Shown: positions 47,035-56,712 of the stretch, in pieces
Layout: the number at the start of each line of letters is the position of its first letter
How positions within the stretch are numbered: position 1 is the stretch's first letter
From: Gammaproteobacteria bacterium
GTDB taxonomy: Bacteria > Pseudomonadota > Gammaproteobacteria > Steroidobacterales > Steroidobacteraceae
Assembly (NCBI GenBank): GCA_021773365.1
Contig: JAJFKF010000063.1
Coordinates: 3,576 to 67,575, forward strand
Direction: 5' to 3'
Length of the DNA stretch: 64,000 nt
Notes under the pieces: model-generated
Databases searched by the model: none
Told to the model about the DNA's origin: nothing
Seen by the model: the letters and a program-made list of their open reading frames with translations, nothing else
Made by a program: the position numbers and the translations under genes

Positions 47035-48126
47035 ATGCCAATTCAATGCGGAATAGTCGGCCTGCCCAATGTCGGCAAGTCCACTCTTTTCAATGCGCTG
47101 ACCCGCGCGCAGATCGCGGCCGAGAACTACCCCTTTTGCACCATCGATCCGAACGTGGGCGTGGTGCCGGTGCCGGACCCGCGGCTGGCGCAGATTGCCG
47201 CCATCGCGCAGCCGGAGAAAACCGTGCCCACCACGGTGGAGTTTGTCGATATCGCTGGCCTGGTGGCCGGCGCCTCCAAAGGCGAGGGCCTGGGCAATCA
47301 GTTCCTCGGCCATATCCGTGAGGTCGACGCCATCGCGCACGTGGTGCGCTGCTTCGAGGATGAGGATGTGGTGCATGTCTCCGGCCGCATCGACCCTTTG
47401 TCCGACATCGAAGTGATCCACACCGAGCTCGGGCTGGCCGACCTCGACACCGTCGAGCGGGTGCTGCCGCGGGCCATCAAGGCCGCCAAGGCCAACGACA
47501 AGGAAGCCATGGCACGCCGAGATTTGTGTGAGCGCCTCAAGGCGCACCTGGACTCCGGCAAGCCCGCCCGTTCGCTGCAGGTCTCCGATCTGGAGCGCCC
47601 GTTCATGAAGGAGCTGCACCTGCTGACCGGCAAGCCGGTGATGTACATCGCCAACGTCGCGGAGAACGGCTTCAAGGACAATGCCTATCTGGCGGCAGTG
47701 GAGAAGCACGCCGCCGGCGAGGGCTCAGGGGTTGTTGCGGTGTGCGCGGCCATGGAGGCGGAGATCGCGCAGCTCGAAGAGGCCGACCGCGCGGAGTTTC
47801 TCAAGGACATGCAGCTGGAGGAGGCCGGTCTTGATCGCGTCATTCGCGCCGCCTACAAGTTGCTTGGCCTGCTGACCTTCTTCACCGCGGGACCCAAGGA
47901 GGTACGGGCCTGGACGGTGCGCGCCGGCTCCACCGCCCCGCAGGCCGCCGGCGCCATCCACACCGACTTCGAGCACGGCTTCATCCGCGCGGAGACCATC
48001 GCCTTCGATGATTACATTGCCGGCAAGGGCGAGGCCGGCGCCCGTGAGGCCGGCAAGGTGCGGCTGGAGGGGAAGGAGTACGTGGTGAATGAAGGGGACA
48101 TGATGCACTTTCGTTTCAACGTATGA
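47035..48126 (+). CDS. ychF: redox-regulated ribosome-binding ATPase YchF
   Basis: [23 protein letters not shown], with [22 protein letters not shown] and a TGS/YchF C-terminal domain ([12 protein letters not shown]). Confidence 0.95.
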   Translation: MPIQCGIVGLPNVGKSTLFNALTRAQIAAENYPFCTIDPNVGVVPVPDPRLAQIAAIAQPEKTVPTTVEFVDIAGLVAGASKGEGLGNQFLGHIREVDAIAHVVRCFEDEDVVHVSGRIDPLSDIEVIHTELGLADLDTVERVLPRAIKAAKANDKEAMARRDLCERLKAHLDSGKPARSLQVSDLERPFMKELHLLTGKPVMYIANVAENGFKDNAYLAAVEKHAAGEGSGVVAVCAAMEAEIAQLEEADRAEFLKDMQLEEAGLDRVIRAAYKLLGLLTFFTAGPKEVRAWTVRAGSTAPQAAGAIHTDFEHGFIRAETIAFDDYIAGKGEAGAREAGKVRLEGKEYVVNEGDMMHFRFNV

Positions 48127-48259
48127 GCGGACTCGCTTGCCTTGTTGCTCTGTAAGTAGCTGAAAATACAGCCTTTCCCGCTTCCTTGACACTGCCGGCC
48201 AGCGCCCGGACAATCCACGGCCCCAAGCGGCTGTCGCCGGTGTCTGCGACCGCCTTCGT

Positions 48260-48336
48260 GGTGATGTAGCTCAGTTGGTAAGAGCGGCGGATTCATAACC
48301 CGCAGGTCGGTGGTTCAATTCCACCCATCACCACCA
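48260..48336 (+). tRNA. tRNA with CAU anticodon (elongator tRNA-Met, or tRNA-Ile2 if lysidine-modified)
   Basis: Hand fold: acceptor GGTGATG/CATCACC, D arm GCTC-AGTTGGTAA-GAGC, anticodon arm GCGGA-TTCATAA-CCCGC (one A-C mismatch), T arm GGTGG-TTCAATT-CCACC, then A-CCA. G1-C72 pairs, so it is not an initiator. Confidence 0.85.
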
Positions 48337-48416
48337 CTTCTCAGTCGGCGCTTTGTAAGACCAGGGCGTAGTCCGCGACTTGATCCGTCCGCCGTGAGTG
48401 CGCCGACGTCCTGCCA

Positions 48417-49454
48417 CTACCGCTTGCGGATGCGCACTTCCTTCTCGCCTGTTTCCAACTCCAGTTCCGGATCCAGCCGCAGCAGTTCCAGCAATGACTC
48501 GGTATCGTCCGCATCGAAAGCGCCGGAGTAGGGGCGGGTGGCAAGCGTCTCTTCCATGAGGCGGAACTGCGGGGCGCGGTTGTAGCGGTTGAACTCGGCG
48601 ATCACCTCGGACAGCGTATTGCGGTCGAACACCAGGCGGCGCTGGCGCCAGGCGGCCATGGCAGTGACTTCAGCGGTGTGGTCGGTCTTGATCAGACCTT
48701 TGGCATCCACGCGGGCTTCATCGCCCGCGCCCAGATCGACATCGGCGGGTGCCAGGGATTCTATTGCTGCATCCGGTTCGTTTGGCGCCTGCGAGGACAC
48801 GCGCACCCGGCCTTCCAGCACAGAGACCTTTGTTCCGCCCGACTGTGCATAGACATTGAACTGCGTGCCGATGGCCTGCACCACGGCATCATCCGTATGG
48901 ACGCGGAAGGGGCGCGCTTTATCCTTTGCGACCTTGAACAGGGCCTCGCCTGCCAGCAGGTGGATGTTGCGTTCGTGCGCGGACAGGCGCACCTGCACCC
49001 GGGTCTGGGTGTTGAGATGCAGGATGGAGCCGTCGCCGAGCTCGATGGCGCGCTGTTCGCCCCGCGCCGTGTAATAGTCCTGCCGGTCGCCGTGGTGCAA
49101 TCCGAAATACAGCGCGGCGCCAATCGAAACCACCGCCAGTGCCGCCGCCATGGCCCAGCGGTTGCGGCGGCGTGAACGATCAGCCTGCGCGCCAGCGAGG
49201 TGAGCCGACCTGCCCAATGAAACAACGTCCCCCGCACCCGTCGCGGACGGCATCTCGATTCTCTTGTCGGGGTCGATCCGCGTGAGCTCCTGATCCAGCG
49301 CCATCATCATCAGGAACTGGCGCATGTGCTGCGGGGATTTGCGCGACCACTGCGCGAACGCCGCCCTGTCGCCTTCATCGCCGCGCGCCAGCCGCTCGGT
49401 CCATTCCGCGGCCTGCTCGGCGATCAGTTTGTCGATCTGTTCGGATGCTTGCAT
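48417..49454 (-). CDS. FecR-family anti-sigma/sensor (cassette 3)
   Basis: 345 aa with AAEWTERLARGD, one TM (WAMAAALAVVSIGAALYF), a GTQFNVY block and a DUF4974-like tail. Confidence 0.9.
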   Translation of the reverse strand: MQASEQIDKLIAEQAAEWTERLARGDEGDRAAFAQWSRKSPQHMRQFLMMMALDQELTRIDPDKRIEMPSATGAGDVVSLGRSAHLAGAQADRSRRRNRWAMAAALAVVSIGAALYFGLHHGDRQDYYTARGEQRAIELGDGSILHLNTQTRVQVRLSAHERNIHLLAGEALFKVAKDKARPFRVHTDDAVVQAIGTQFNVYAQSGGTKVSVLEGRVRVSSQAPNEPDAAIESLAPADVDLGAGDEARVDAKGLIKTDHTAEVTAMAAWRQRRLVFDRNTLSEVIAEFNRYNRAPQFRLMEETLATRPYSGAFDADDTESLLELLRLDPELELETGEKEVRIRKR

Positions 49455-49469
49455 CTGCGCACCTTGAGT

Positions 49470-50006
49470 TCAGCGGTCCCAGGCCAGCGACATCAGCATG
49501 GACTTGGCCCGCACCAGGTATTTCTCCACCGTGTGCACGGACAGGCCCGAGGCCGCCGCGGCTTCTTCATGGGTCATGCCGTCACGTTTGCACAGCAGGA
49601 TGACCATCCGGTACTGCTGCGGCAGCTCCATCAGGGCCTTCTCGAGCTGGCGCTGCAGGTTCAGCCGCTCCGCCAGCTCGTCGGGTGCGACCAGCGCTGC
49701 ATGGCTGCGCCAGCGTTCGGAGTCCTGTGAGTCCAGCGACACCAGCCGTTCCCCGTCCTCGCGGATCTGCCGTTCACTGATGACGTGGAAGGCGATGCCA
49801 AACAGGTAGGCCAGCGGCTTGCGCACATAATCCGGGTTGTTCACCCGCAGGGCGCGCGTGAACACCTCCTGCACCACATCCTCCGCCGCTTCCGGCGTGC
49901 GCAGACGCCGCAGCAGCCAGCGATGCAGCTCCGCCCGGTAGGCGCGGAACACCGTATCGGCGAAGGCGCGGCCGGCGCGGGTGTTTTCGGGCAAAAATCC
50001 ACTCAT
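49470..50006 (-). CDS. ECF (FecI-like) sigma factor (cassette 3)
   Basis: ATG 50006 (MSGFLPENTRAGRAFADTVFRAYRAELHRWL) within track ORF 49470..50228. Region 4 is GMTHEEAAAASGLSVHTVEKYLVRA. Confidence 0.85.
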   Translation of the reverse strand: MSGFLPENTRAGRAFADTVFRAYRAELHRWLLRRLRTPEAAEDVVQEVFTRALRVNNPDYVRKPLAYLFGIAFHVISERQIREDGERLVSLDSQDSERWRSHAALVAPDELAERLNLQRQLEKALMELPQQYRMVILLCKRDGMTHEEAAAASGLSVHTVEKYLVRAKSMLMSLAWDR

Positions 50007-50134
50007 CGGCCGTAGAGTGCGCCTTTTGGGAAAAGTCCGGTACTCGATTAAAGTCGGTACCGGGGTTTCGGCTGTACACCCCACTCTCGCCCCGTACGGT
50101 CCGCTGCGGCCGTGTCTGGAAAGGGGAACGCAAG

Positions 50135-53100
50135 ATGATCGGCACTCGAATTTCTCTGCTACTGGCCGCCGCGCTGCTGTGCTGCGCCGCGGGCGCGGCG
50201 CAGCCGTCCGACCCGGTCCAGCTGTCATTCAATATCCAGGCGCAGCGCCTTGACACGGCCCTGACCGCATTCGCCCAGACCACCGGCTTGCAGCTGCTGT
50301 TCCCCACCGAGGTGGCCATGGACCAGGAGGCGCCGCAGGTCTCAGGCTCGCTGACTGCCGATGCCGCGCTGCGGTTGCTGCTGAAGGATTCGGGTTTGTC
50401 GTACCGCTACGTGAACGCGAAGACCGTCGCGATCAATCCGAAGGGCGGCGGTTCGCGGGAGGCACTGGAAAGGGCGTCTTCCACGGTGCTGGAGCCGGTC
50501 AGTACGGATGGATTCAGAGTAGCGCAATCGGCGCCGCAAGCCGCGCGGCAGGAGAGCAGACCCAAGGGTTCGGCCGGCCACACGGACGATGCGGCGGAGG
50601 AAGATGGCCGGGGTATTCCCGAAATCCTCGTCAAAGGCGCCCGCACCTCCAACACCGACATCCGCCGCACCGAGGACGATGTGCAACCCTACGTGGTGTT
50701 CGATGCGGAGGAAATCAGCAGGTCCATGGCGCCGGACCTGGACACTTTTCTAAGGACCCGTCTGCCGATGAACCAGTCGCGTGCCAGCAATAGCCAGAGT
50801 CTCAGTGGGGCGCAGGGCAATCGAAGCGCCATCGACCTGCGCGGCCTGGGCGCCGATCAGACTCTGGTCCTGGTCAACGGCCGGCGCATGCCGGGCGTGG
50901 CCACTGCTGGGGACTTCACTCAGCCGGACATCAACGGTATCCCGATGTCGGCGGTGGAGCGCATCGAGATACTGCCCTCTACGGCGGGCGGGATTTACGG
51001 CGGCGGGGCTACCGGCGGGGTGGTGAACATCATCCTGAAACGCAACTACAACAACCTTGAACTCAGCGCCCGCTACGACGGCACCTTCGCCGGCGGCGGC
51101 GCCGAGCGACGGCTGGATGCCACCGGCGGCTTTACCTTGGAGGGTGGACGCACCAGTGTGATGGTGATGGCCAGCTACCGCGATGGCAATCCCTTGTACA
51201 TCGCCGACCGGGATTTCACGGCCCGCTCCCGCCGCCTGCAGGATCAGAACAATCGCGGCGCCTTGATTGCCCAGAGAGATCCGCTTCATGGCTACACCAC
51301 CAACGTGAGAAGCGTCAGTGGTAGAAGCCTGGAGCTGCTCGTAGGTGGCTCTTTGAATTCACCCATCGCCTATGTGCCGGCGGGGTACGCGGGCCCGGCC
51401 AGTGACAATGGCGCGGCCTTTCTGGGTACCGCCGGGCGCTACAACCTGGACCTGGCCAACGATTCCATCGGCAACCAGTACTCGCTGTTATTCACCCCCA
51501 CAGTGAGCTCGCTGGCGCTGAATCTGCGGCGTGAGTTCACCGATCGTGTCGAGGCATTCGTCGATGTCTCCCGCAATGACAGCCGGTCGTTGCGAATGGG
51601 GAGCTCGGTCGCTTCGGCCGATGCCAATGTCACCCTGCCGGTGGGCGCGAACAATCCATTCACGGAGGCGGTGAGGCTGTCCGTACCCCTGACCGGCTAC
51701 GATGCTGGCTGGCTGCTGACCCACTCTGAATTATTGACGGAGCAGGTCAGCGGCGGACTGATCGTGCGCCTGCCGCGGCAGTGGACAGTGCAGGCTGAAT
51801 ACCGCTGGAGCCGCTCGAATCCCACTTATGACTTCCCGCAAGATTTGCTGATCCCGGACGGCGCTGCCGCCCTGGTCGATGGGCGACTGTCTCCCTTGAG
51901 CGATGTGAATGCCTTTCCGATGGATTTTTCCGGCTACATTCCAGGCGGCCCGGGACAACGCGATTTCTTCGGGGCTGTGGAATGGCCGTCGGTGCAAAAG
52001 GATGCGACGCTGCGGGTGGCCGGCCCGCTGCTGCACCTGTCTGGCGGGCCGCTGCGGCTGGCTGCACTGCTGGAGCAGCGGCAGCAATACACCGGGGATC
52101 GGCTCTCGACTCAGCCTACCCCGGGCGCAACCACTCCGACTTATACCTACTATCCTGAAGTGGGCTCGACCACCGAGAGCGTGTACACCGAGCTGACCGC
52201 GCCGTTGGTATCCGCGGGCAATGCGCGGCGGGGGCTTGCCGGTCTCGATCTGCAGGCCTCCTACCGCTACGATGGCACCCGGACCGGTACGCAGCCTTTT
52301 GGCTCATCAATAACCGTGCCCTCTGCCGATGGCCCCTTTCCGGATGTGCCGATGCAGATCAACAACGTCACCGGCCATCAGTACACGCTGGGCCTGCGCT
52401 ACACGCCCCTGGAAAGCCTGGCGCTGCGAGTCAGTTATGGCGAAGGGATACTGCCGCCATCGCCTTCGCAGCTCTCCGAGTTTGACACCTTACCGGCCTA
52501 TCTTGCGTTCTACGGATATAGGGACCCCAAACGCGATGGTGAGTTCATCACCAGCGCCACGGTCGAGAAATTCTCCCTCCTCGGCAGCCTGGCGCTGCGC
52601 CCGGAGCAGTCGCAGAGCTGGTCGGCGGGAGCAATTCTCACCCCGGTGAGCCTGCCGGGCCTGAGGCTGTCGCTGGATTACACCCGCATCGAGAAGATCG
52701 ATGAGATCGGTTTCCTGAATACGCAGGTGCTGATCGATCTGGCGGACAGCTTCCCGGGCGCCATCGTGCGCAATCCGCTGACCCCGGCTGATCAGGCGCT
52801 GGGTTACACCGGCGGCACGATTCGTGAGTTGAACGTGGGGTCAGTCAACATCGCCCACAGCCTGATGGAGGCGGTGGACCTCCAGGCCGACTACACCTGG
52901 GAGACGCGCCTGGGCGCCTTCACCGCCAATGTGATGGCCACCGTGCAGCCGCGGCTGGCGCAGCAGCCGGCGCCGGACACGCAGGAGCTGAACACCGTGG
53001 GCTACAGCGATGGTCCGCTGAAATGGCGCGCCAACGCCGGACTGAGATGGAGCCGCGGCGCGCTGGAGCTGGGCTGGAACATGCAGTACTACGATGCCTC

Positions 53101-53401
53101 GAGGGTGTATGTCAGCACCGCGTCGCCCACGATTCGCGACTCGGCGGTGCTCAGCCAGGGTTCGGCGTGGATCCCCACGCAGACCTATCACGATGTCTAC
53201 GGCCGCTACCGCTTCGACAACGCGCCCGGCTTCGCCCGCGGCCTGCTGGAGAACACCGAGCTGCAGGTGTCGGTGCAGAACGTGCTCAACACCAGCCCGC
53301 CCATCCTGGCCAGCGCCAGTTCGCTGTACGCCGGCTACGCCACCGAGGGTGACCCACGCCTGCGACGCTATTCGATCTCGATCACGAAGTCATTCAGGTA
53401 G
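50135..53401 (+). CDS. TonB-dependent receptor with STN domain (cassette 3)
   Basis: 1088 aa with a signal peptide. STN block FNIQAQRLDTALTAFAQTTGLQLLF, plug IDLRGLGADQTLVLVNGRRM...VERIEILP, C-terminal DPRLRRYSISITKSF. Confidence 0.9.
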   Translation: MIGTRISLLLAAALLCCAAGAAQPSDPVQLSFNIQAQRLDTALTAFAQTTGLQLLFPTEVAMDQEAPQVSGSLTADAALRLLLKDSGLSYRYVNAKTVAINPKGGGSREALERASSTVLEPVSTDGFRVAQSAPQAARQESRPKGSAGHTDDAAEEDGRGIPEILVKGARTSNTDIRRTEDDVQPYVVFDAEEISRSMAPDLDTFLRTRLPMNQSRASNSQSLSGAQGNRSAIDLRGLGADQTLVLVNGRRMPGVATAGDFTQPDINGIPMSAVERIEILPSTAGGIYGGGATGGVVNIILKRNYNNLELSARYDGTFAGGGAERRLDATGGFTLEGGRTSVMVMASYRDGNPLYIADRDFTARSRRLQDQNNRGALIAQRDPLHGYTTNVRSVSGRSLELLVGGSLNSPIAYVPAGYAGPASDNGAAFLGTAGRYNLDLANDSIGNQYSLLFTPTVSSLALNLRREFTDRVEAFVDVSRNDSRSLRMGSSVASADANVTLPVGANNPFTEAVRLSVPLTGYDAGWLLTHSELLTEQVSGGLIVRLPRQWTVQAEYRWSRSNPTYDFPQDLLIPDGAAALVDGRLSPLSDVNAFPMDFSGYIPGGPGQRDFFGAVEWPSVQKDATLRVAGPLLHLSGGPLRLAALLEQRQQYTGDRLSTQPTPGATTPTYTYYPEVGSTTESVYTELTAPLVSAGNARRGLAGLDLQASYRYDGTRTGTQPFGSSITVPSADGPFPDVPMQINNVTGHQYTLGLRYTPLESLALRVSYGEGILPPSPSQLSEFDTLPAYLAFYGYRDPKRDGEFITSATVEKFSLLGSLALRPEQSQSWSAGAILTPVSLPGLRLSLDYTRIEKIDEIGFLNTQVLIDLADSFPGAIVRNPLTPADQALGYTGGTIRELNVGSVNIAHSLMEAVDLQADYTWETRLGAFTANVMATVQPRLAQQPAPDTQELNTVGYSDGPLKWRANAGLRWSRGALELGWNMQYYDASRVYVSTASPTIRDSAVLSQGSAWIPTQTYHDVYGRYRFDNAPGFARGLLENTELQVSVQNVLNTSPPILASASSLYAGYATEGDPRLRRYSISITKSFR

Positions 53402-53454
53402 TCCCGGCGCCAACCGCCCGCTTCGGCGGGCGGTTCATCGGCTTCTCAAATGGC

Positions 53455-54426
53455 TTGAAGCCTCCACTGCTGCATCGAAGATGCCGCCGTCGCCGCATGG
53501 ATTGTAAATGGCATTTACAATCCATGCGGCTGATGGAGGGCCGGCGATGCAGCATCCTGACCGGTTCGCAGAATCTTGCAATCTCCCACGGCCTCTCCCA
53601 GTCGCTGGCGGGCCGGGCGGCCATCCTGCATCTGTTGCCGCTGAGCAGCGATGAAGTGCGACAGTTTCCGACTGCGCCGACGGAGCTGTTCGAGCTGTTG
53701 TGGACCGGTAGCTATCCGCGCATTTACGACCGCGGCATTCCAGCGCAGCAATGGCTGGCCGATTACGTGGCGACTTATGTACAGCGCGATGTGCGGCAGA
53801 TACTGAACGTCGGCGATCTGAACCGCTTCAATACATTCCTGAGGCTGTGCGCGGCGCATACGGCGCAGGAGCTGAAGCTCTCCACGCTGGGCGCTGATGC
53901 CGGTGTCTCGCACAACACTGCCGGCGCCTGGCTCTCGGTGCTGGAGTCAAGCTTCCTGGTATTCCGTCTGCCGGCCTGGCATCGCAATATCAAGAATCAG
54001 ATCGTCAAGATACCCAAGCTGCATTTCTTTGACAGCGGGCTGGTGTGCTACCTGCTGGGCATCCGTGAGCCGTCGCAACTGCGCCATCATCCACTGCGCG
54101 GTGCAGTCTTCGAAAGCTGGGTGATCGCCGAGCGCTACAAGAAACAGATTCACCAGGGCAGGGAGCCACAGATGTTCCATTTCCGCGAATCCCGGGGCGT
54201 GGAAGTGGACCTGCTGGAAGTCGATGGCGCCGCCGCGCGGCTGGTGGAAATCAAGTCCGCCGAGACGATTGCAGGGGATTTCTTCAAGGGATTGCACCAG
54301 TTTGCGCAGGTGCTGGTGGACGGCAAGATGTTCCAGGTGGTGGAAAAAGAGGTCGTGTACGGTGGTTCGCAGGCATTGACCCGCGAAGGGGTAAAAGTGA
54401 TTCCGTGGAAATTGGTATCCGGATGA
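53455..54426 (+). pseudogene. 5'-truncated AAA-ATPase with DUF4143 domain (Walker A region missing)
   Basis: Recognisable similarity begins about nt 53551 (ILTGSQNLAISHGLSQSLAGRAAILHLLPLSSDEV...) and runs through the DUF4143-like part (KLHFFDSGLVCYLLGI). The about 100 N-terminal residues expected to carry the P-loop are absent. The ORF's first 30 codons read through the palindrome. Confidence 0.6.
53492..53530. repeat. perfect 39-nt palindrome (19-bp arms, single central base)
   Basis: gccgcatggattgtaaatg-g-catttacaatccatgcggc. The centre is AT-rich in a GC-rich context. Lies 91 nt after the receptor 3 stop and 21 nt before the first recognisable residues of the truncated ATPase. Confidence 0.9.
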
Positions 54427-54772
54427 GGTTATCCAATCGTGTCCAGGCACAGCTGCTTGCAGAACAGGACACTGTTTGGGGGCATCGGATGAAGTGCCAC
54501 AGTCAAGTCGGTCCGCCTCGAAACCCACGATTACGCTGATGACCCGCCGGATCTGCAGCAGGGAAGCATGAGCAGCAGGGCGAGGAAGGCACGGGTGGAT
54601 TCGCAGGGTTCTTTGCCCGCCAATGGCGACAACTTCTTTGGTGTCACAAGCCGGACCGCGTGAACCGTGAATCGCCGGGTAATCCGTCCGGCGCGACTAT
54701 TGGCGACCGGCCCGGTAGAATGGCGCGCCGGTCGACCTCCCGTCCCGGTTTCCTGCCGAGTTCGAGGTTTCC

Positions 54773-56581
54773 ATGCGCGCCGCCCCCGATTCCCCTGCCG
54801 ATACTGTCACTTTTGCCAGCCTGGACCTGCACGAGTCCGTGCTGAAGGTGCTGCAGGCGCTGGGGTATGAATCGCCAACGCCCATCCAGGCCGCCACCAT
54901 CCCGCACCTGCTGGCGGGCACCGACCTGGTCGGCCAGGCGCAGACCGGCACGGGAAAAACAGGCGCTTTTGCCCTGCCGATCCTGTCGCGAATCGATCTG
55001 GCGCTGCGCGCCCCCCAGGCGCTGGTGCTGGTGCCGACCCGTGAGCTGGCCATCCAGGTTGCCGAGGCGTTCAAGCGCTACGCCACGCATATGAAGAGTT
55101 TTCACGTCATGCCGGTTTACGGCGGGCAGAGCTACACGCCCCAGCTGCAGGGCCTGCGGCGCGGCGTGCATGTGGTCGTCGGTACGCCGGGCCGCATCAT
55201 GGATCACCTGAAGCGCGACACGCTGAAACTGGGTGATCTGAAGCATCTGGTCCTGGACGAAGCCGACGAGATGCTGCGCATGGGATTCATCGACGATGTG
55301 GAGTGGATTCTGGAGCAGACGCCGGCTGGCCGGCAGGTGGCCCTGTTCTCCGCCACGCTGCCGCCGCAGGTGCGCAAGATCGCCCGCAAGCACCTGCGCA
55401 ATCCTGCTGAAGTCACCATCAAGACCCGCACCGGCACGGCAGCCACCATTCGCCAGCGTTACTGGATCGTCGATGGCATGCACAAGCTCGATGCCCTTAC
55501 GCGCATCCTGGAGGCCGAGCCCTTCGACGGCATGCTGGTCTTTACCCGCACCAAGGTTTCGACCGAGGAGCTGGCCGAACGGCTGGAAGCGCGCGGATTT
55601 GCCGCCGAAGCCCTGAACGGCGATATGGCTCAGATACAACGGGAGCGCACGGTGGCCCGCCTGAAAGCCGGCCAGATCGATATCGTGGTGGCCACCGATG
55701 TTGCCGCGCGCGGGCTGGACGTGGAGCGTGTCAGTCATGTGATCAATTTCGATGTGCCCCACGATCCGGAGTCCTACATTCACCGCATCGGCCGTACCGG
55801 CCGGGCGGGCCGCAGCGGTGAGGCCATCCTGTTCATCGCCCCGCGCGAGCGCAACATGCTGCGTGTCATCGAGCGGCTGACACGGCAAACAGTGGAGCGG
55901 ATGTCGCTGCCGACGCTGGACGATGTGAATGAACAGCGTATCGCCCGTTTCAACGAACGCATTGGTCTGGCGCTGGCCGCCGATGAGGGCGCGCCCTTTC
56001 GCTCGCTGATCGAGCGCTACGAGAACGAGCACAACGTGCCGGCGCTGGAGATTGCAGCGGTGCTTGCCGGCATCGCGCAGGGCAAGAAGCCCCTGCTGCT
56101 GGAGCCCAAACGTTCATCGCGCGCGGACAAAGCCGCTGACCCGGCGCCGGATCGCGCCGCGCGTCGCGACTCACCGCGTCCGGAGCGCAAGGGCGGGCAG
56201 GATCGTTCTGACCGTCCTGATCGTTCCGGCCATTCCGGCCGGCCGGGCCGCGACGGTGAAGAAATGGAAACCTATCGCGTCGAAGTCGGCAGCGTACATG
56301 GCGTGGAGCCTGGCAACATCGTCGGGGCCATTGCCAATGCGGCGGACATCGAGGGTCGGCGTATCGGCCGCATCGTGATTCGCGAGGACTGCAGTTTCGT
56401 GGATCTGCCGGCCGGCATGCCGCCAGCCATCCTGCGCAAGCTGCAGAAAGTCAGCGCTGCCGGGCAGAAGCTGCATATCAGCCGGGCGTTGAAGTCACAG
56501 ACGCAGGCGTTGCAGCGCGAGGCGGCGTCCGGGCACAAGCAGGGCCGCAAGGGCCCGATGCGCAAAAATCAAGGGGCCTGA
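54773..56581 (+). CDS. deaD: DEAD-box RNA helicase DeaD/CsdA
   Basis: 602 aa with [24 protein letters not shown] and HRIGRTGRAG. C-terminal DbpA-like RNA-binding domain (YRVEVGSVHGVEPGNIVGAIANAADIEGRRIGRIVIREDCSFVDLP). Confidence 0.9.
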   Translation: MRAAPDSPADTVTFASLDLHESVLKVLQALGYESPTPIQAATIPHLLAGTDLVGQAQTGTGKTGAFALPILSRIDLALRAPQALVLVPTRELAIQVAEAFKRYATHMKSFHVMPVYGGQSYTPQLQGLRRGVHVVVGTPGRIMDHLKRDTLKLGDLKHLVLDEADEMLRMGFIDDVEWILEQTPAGRQVALFSATLPPQVRKIARKHLRNPAEVTIKTRTGTAATIRQRYWIVDGMHKLDALTRILEAEPFDGMLVFTRTKVSTEELAERLEARGFAAEALNGDMAQIQRERTVARLKAGQIDIVVATDVAARGLDVERVSHVINFDVPHDPESYIHRIGRTGRAGRSGEAILFIAPRERNMLRVIERLTRQTVERMSLPTLDDVNEQRIARFNERIGLALAADEGAPFRSLIERYENEHNVPALEIAAVLAGIAQGKKPLLLEPKRSSRADKAADPAPDRAARRDSPRPERKGGQDRSDRPDRSGHSGRPGRDGEEMETYRVEVGSVHGVEPGNIVGAIANAADIEGRRIGRIVIREDCSFVDLPAGMPPAILRKLQKVSAAGQKLHISRALKSQTQALQREAASGHKQGRKGPMRKNQGA

Positions 56582-56688
56582 AGGAAGCCTCGTTTGGATT
56601 TCTTGTCCCGCTTGGCGGCGCGTTTCTCTTCGAAGGATTTTGCAGGCTTTTTCTTTTCCTGCTTTTTCCGATCCATGCCTTTGCTCAT
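56569..56688 (-). CDS. possible 39-aa highly basic small protein
   Basis: Not in the track (under 60 aa). ATG 56688 is preceded by GGGAGA. Translation MSKGMDRKKQEKKKPAKSFEEKRAAKRDKKSKRGFLQAP. The 3' end overlaps the deaD 3' end by 13 nt, convergently. Confidence 0.3.
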   Translation of the reverse strand: MSKGMDRKKQEKKKPAKSFEEKRAAKRDKKSKRGFLQAP

Positions 56689-56712
56689 CGTGATTCTCCC
56701 GTTGCCTCAAGC

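Noticed and set aside
54644-56032. 462-aa minus-strand ORF antisense to deaD. The same applies to 10371..11561, 6476..7327, 24406..25446, 28407..29450, 31119..32063, 57932..59023 and many other long antisense ORFs.
   Set aside because: These are typical shadow ORFs of high-GC DNA. The opposite strand carries genes with unmistakable motifs, while these translate to Arg/Gly/Ala/His-rich sequence with no recognisable motifs.
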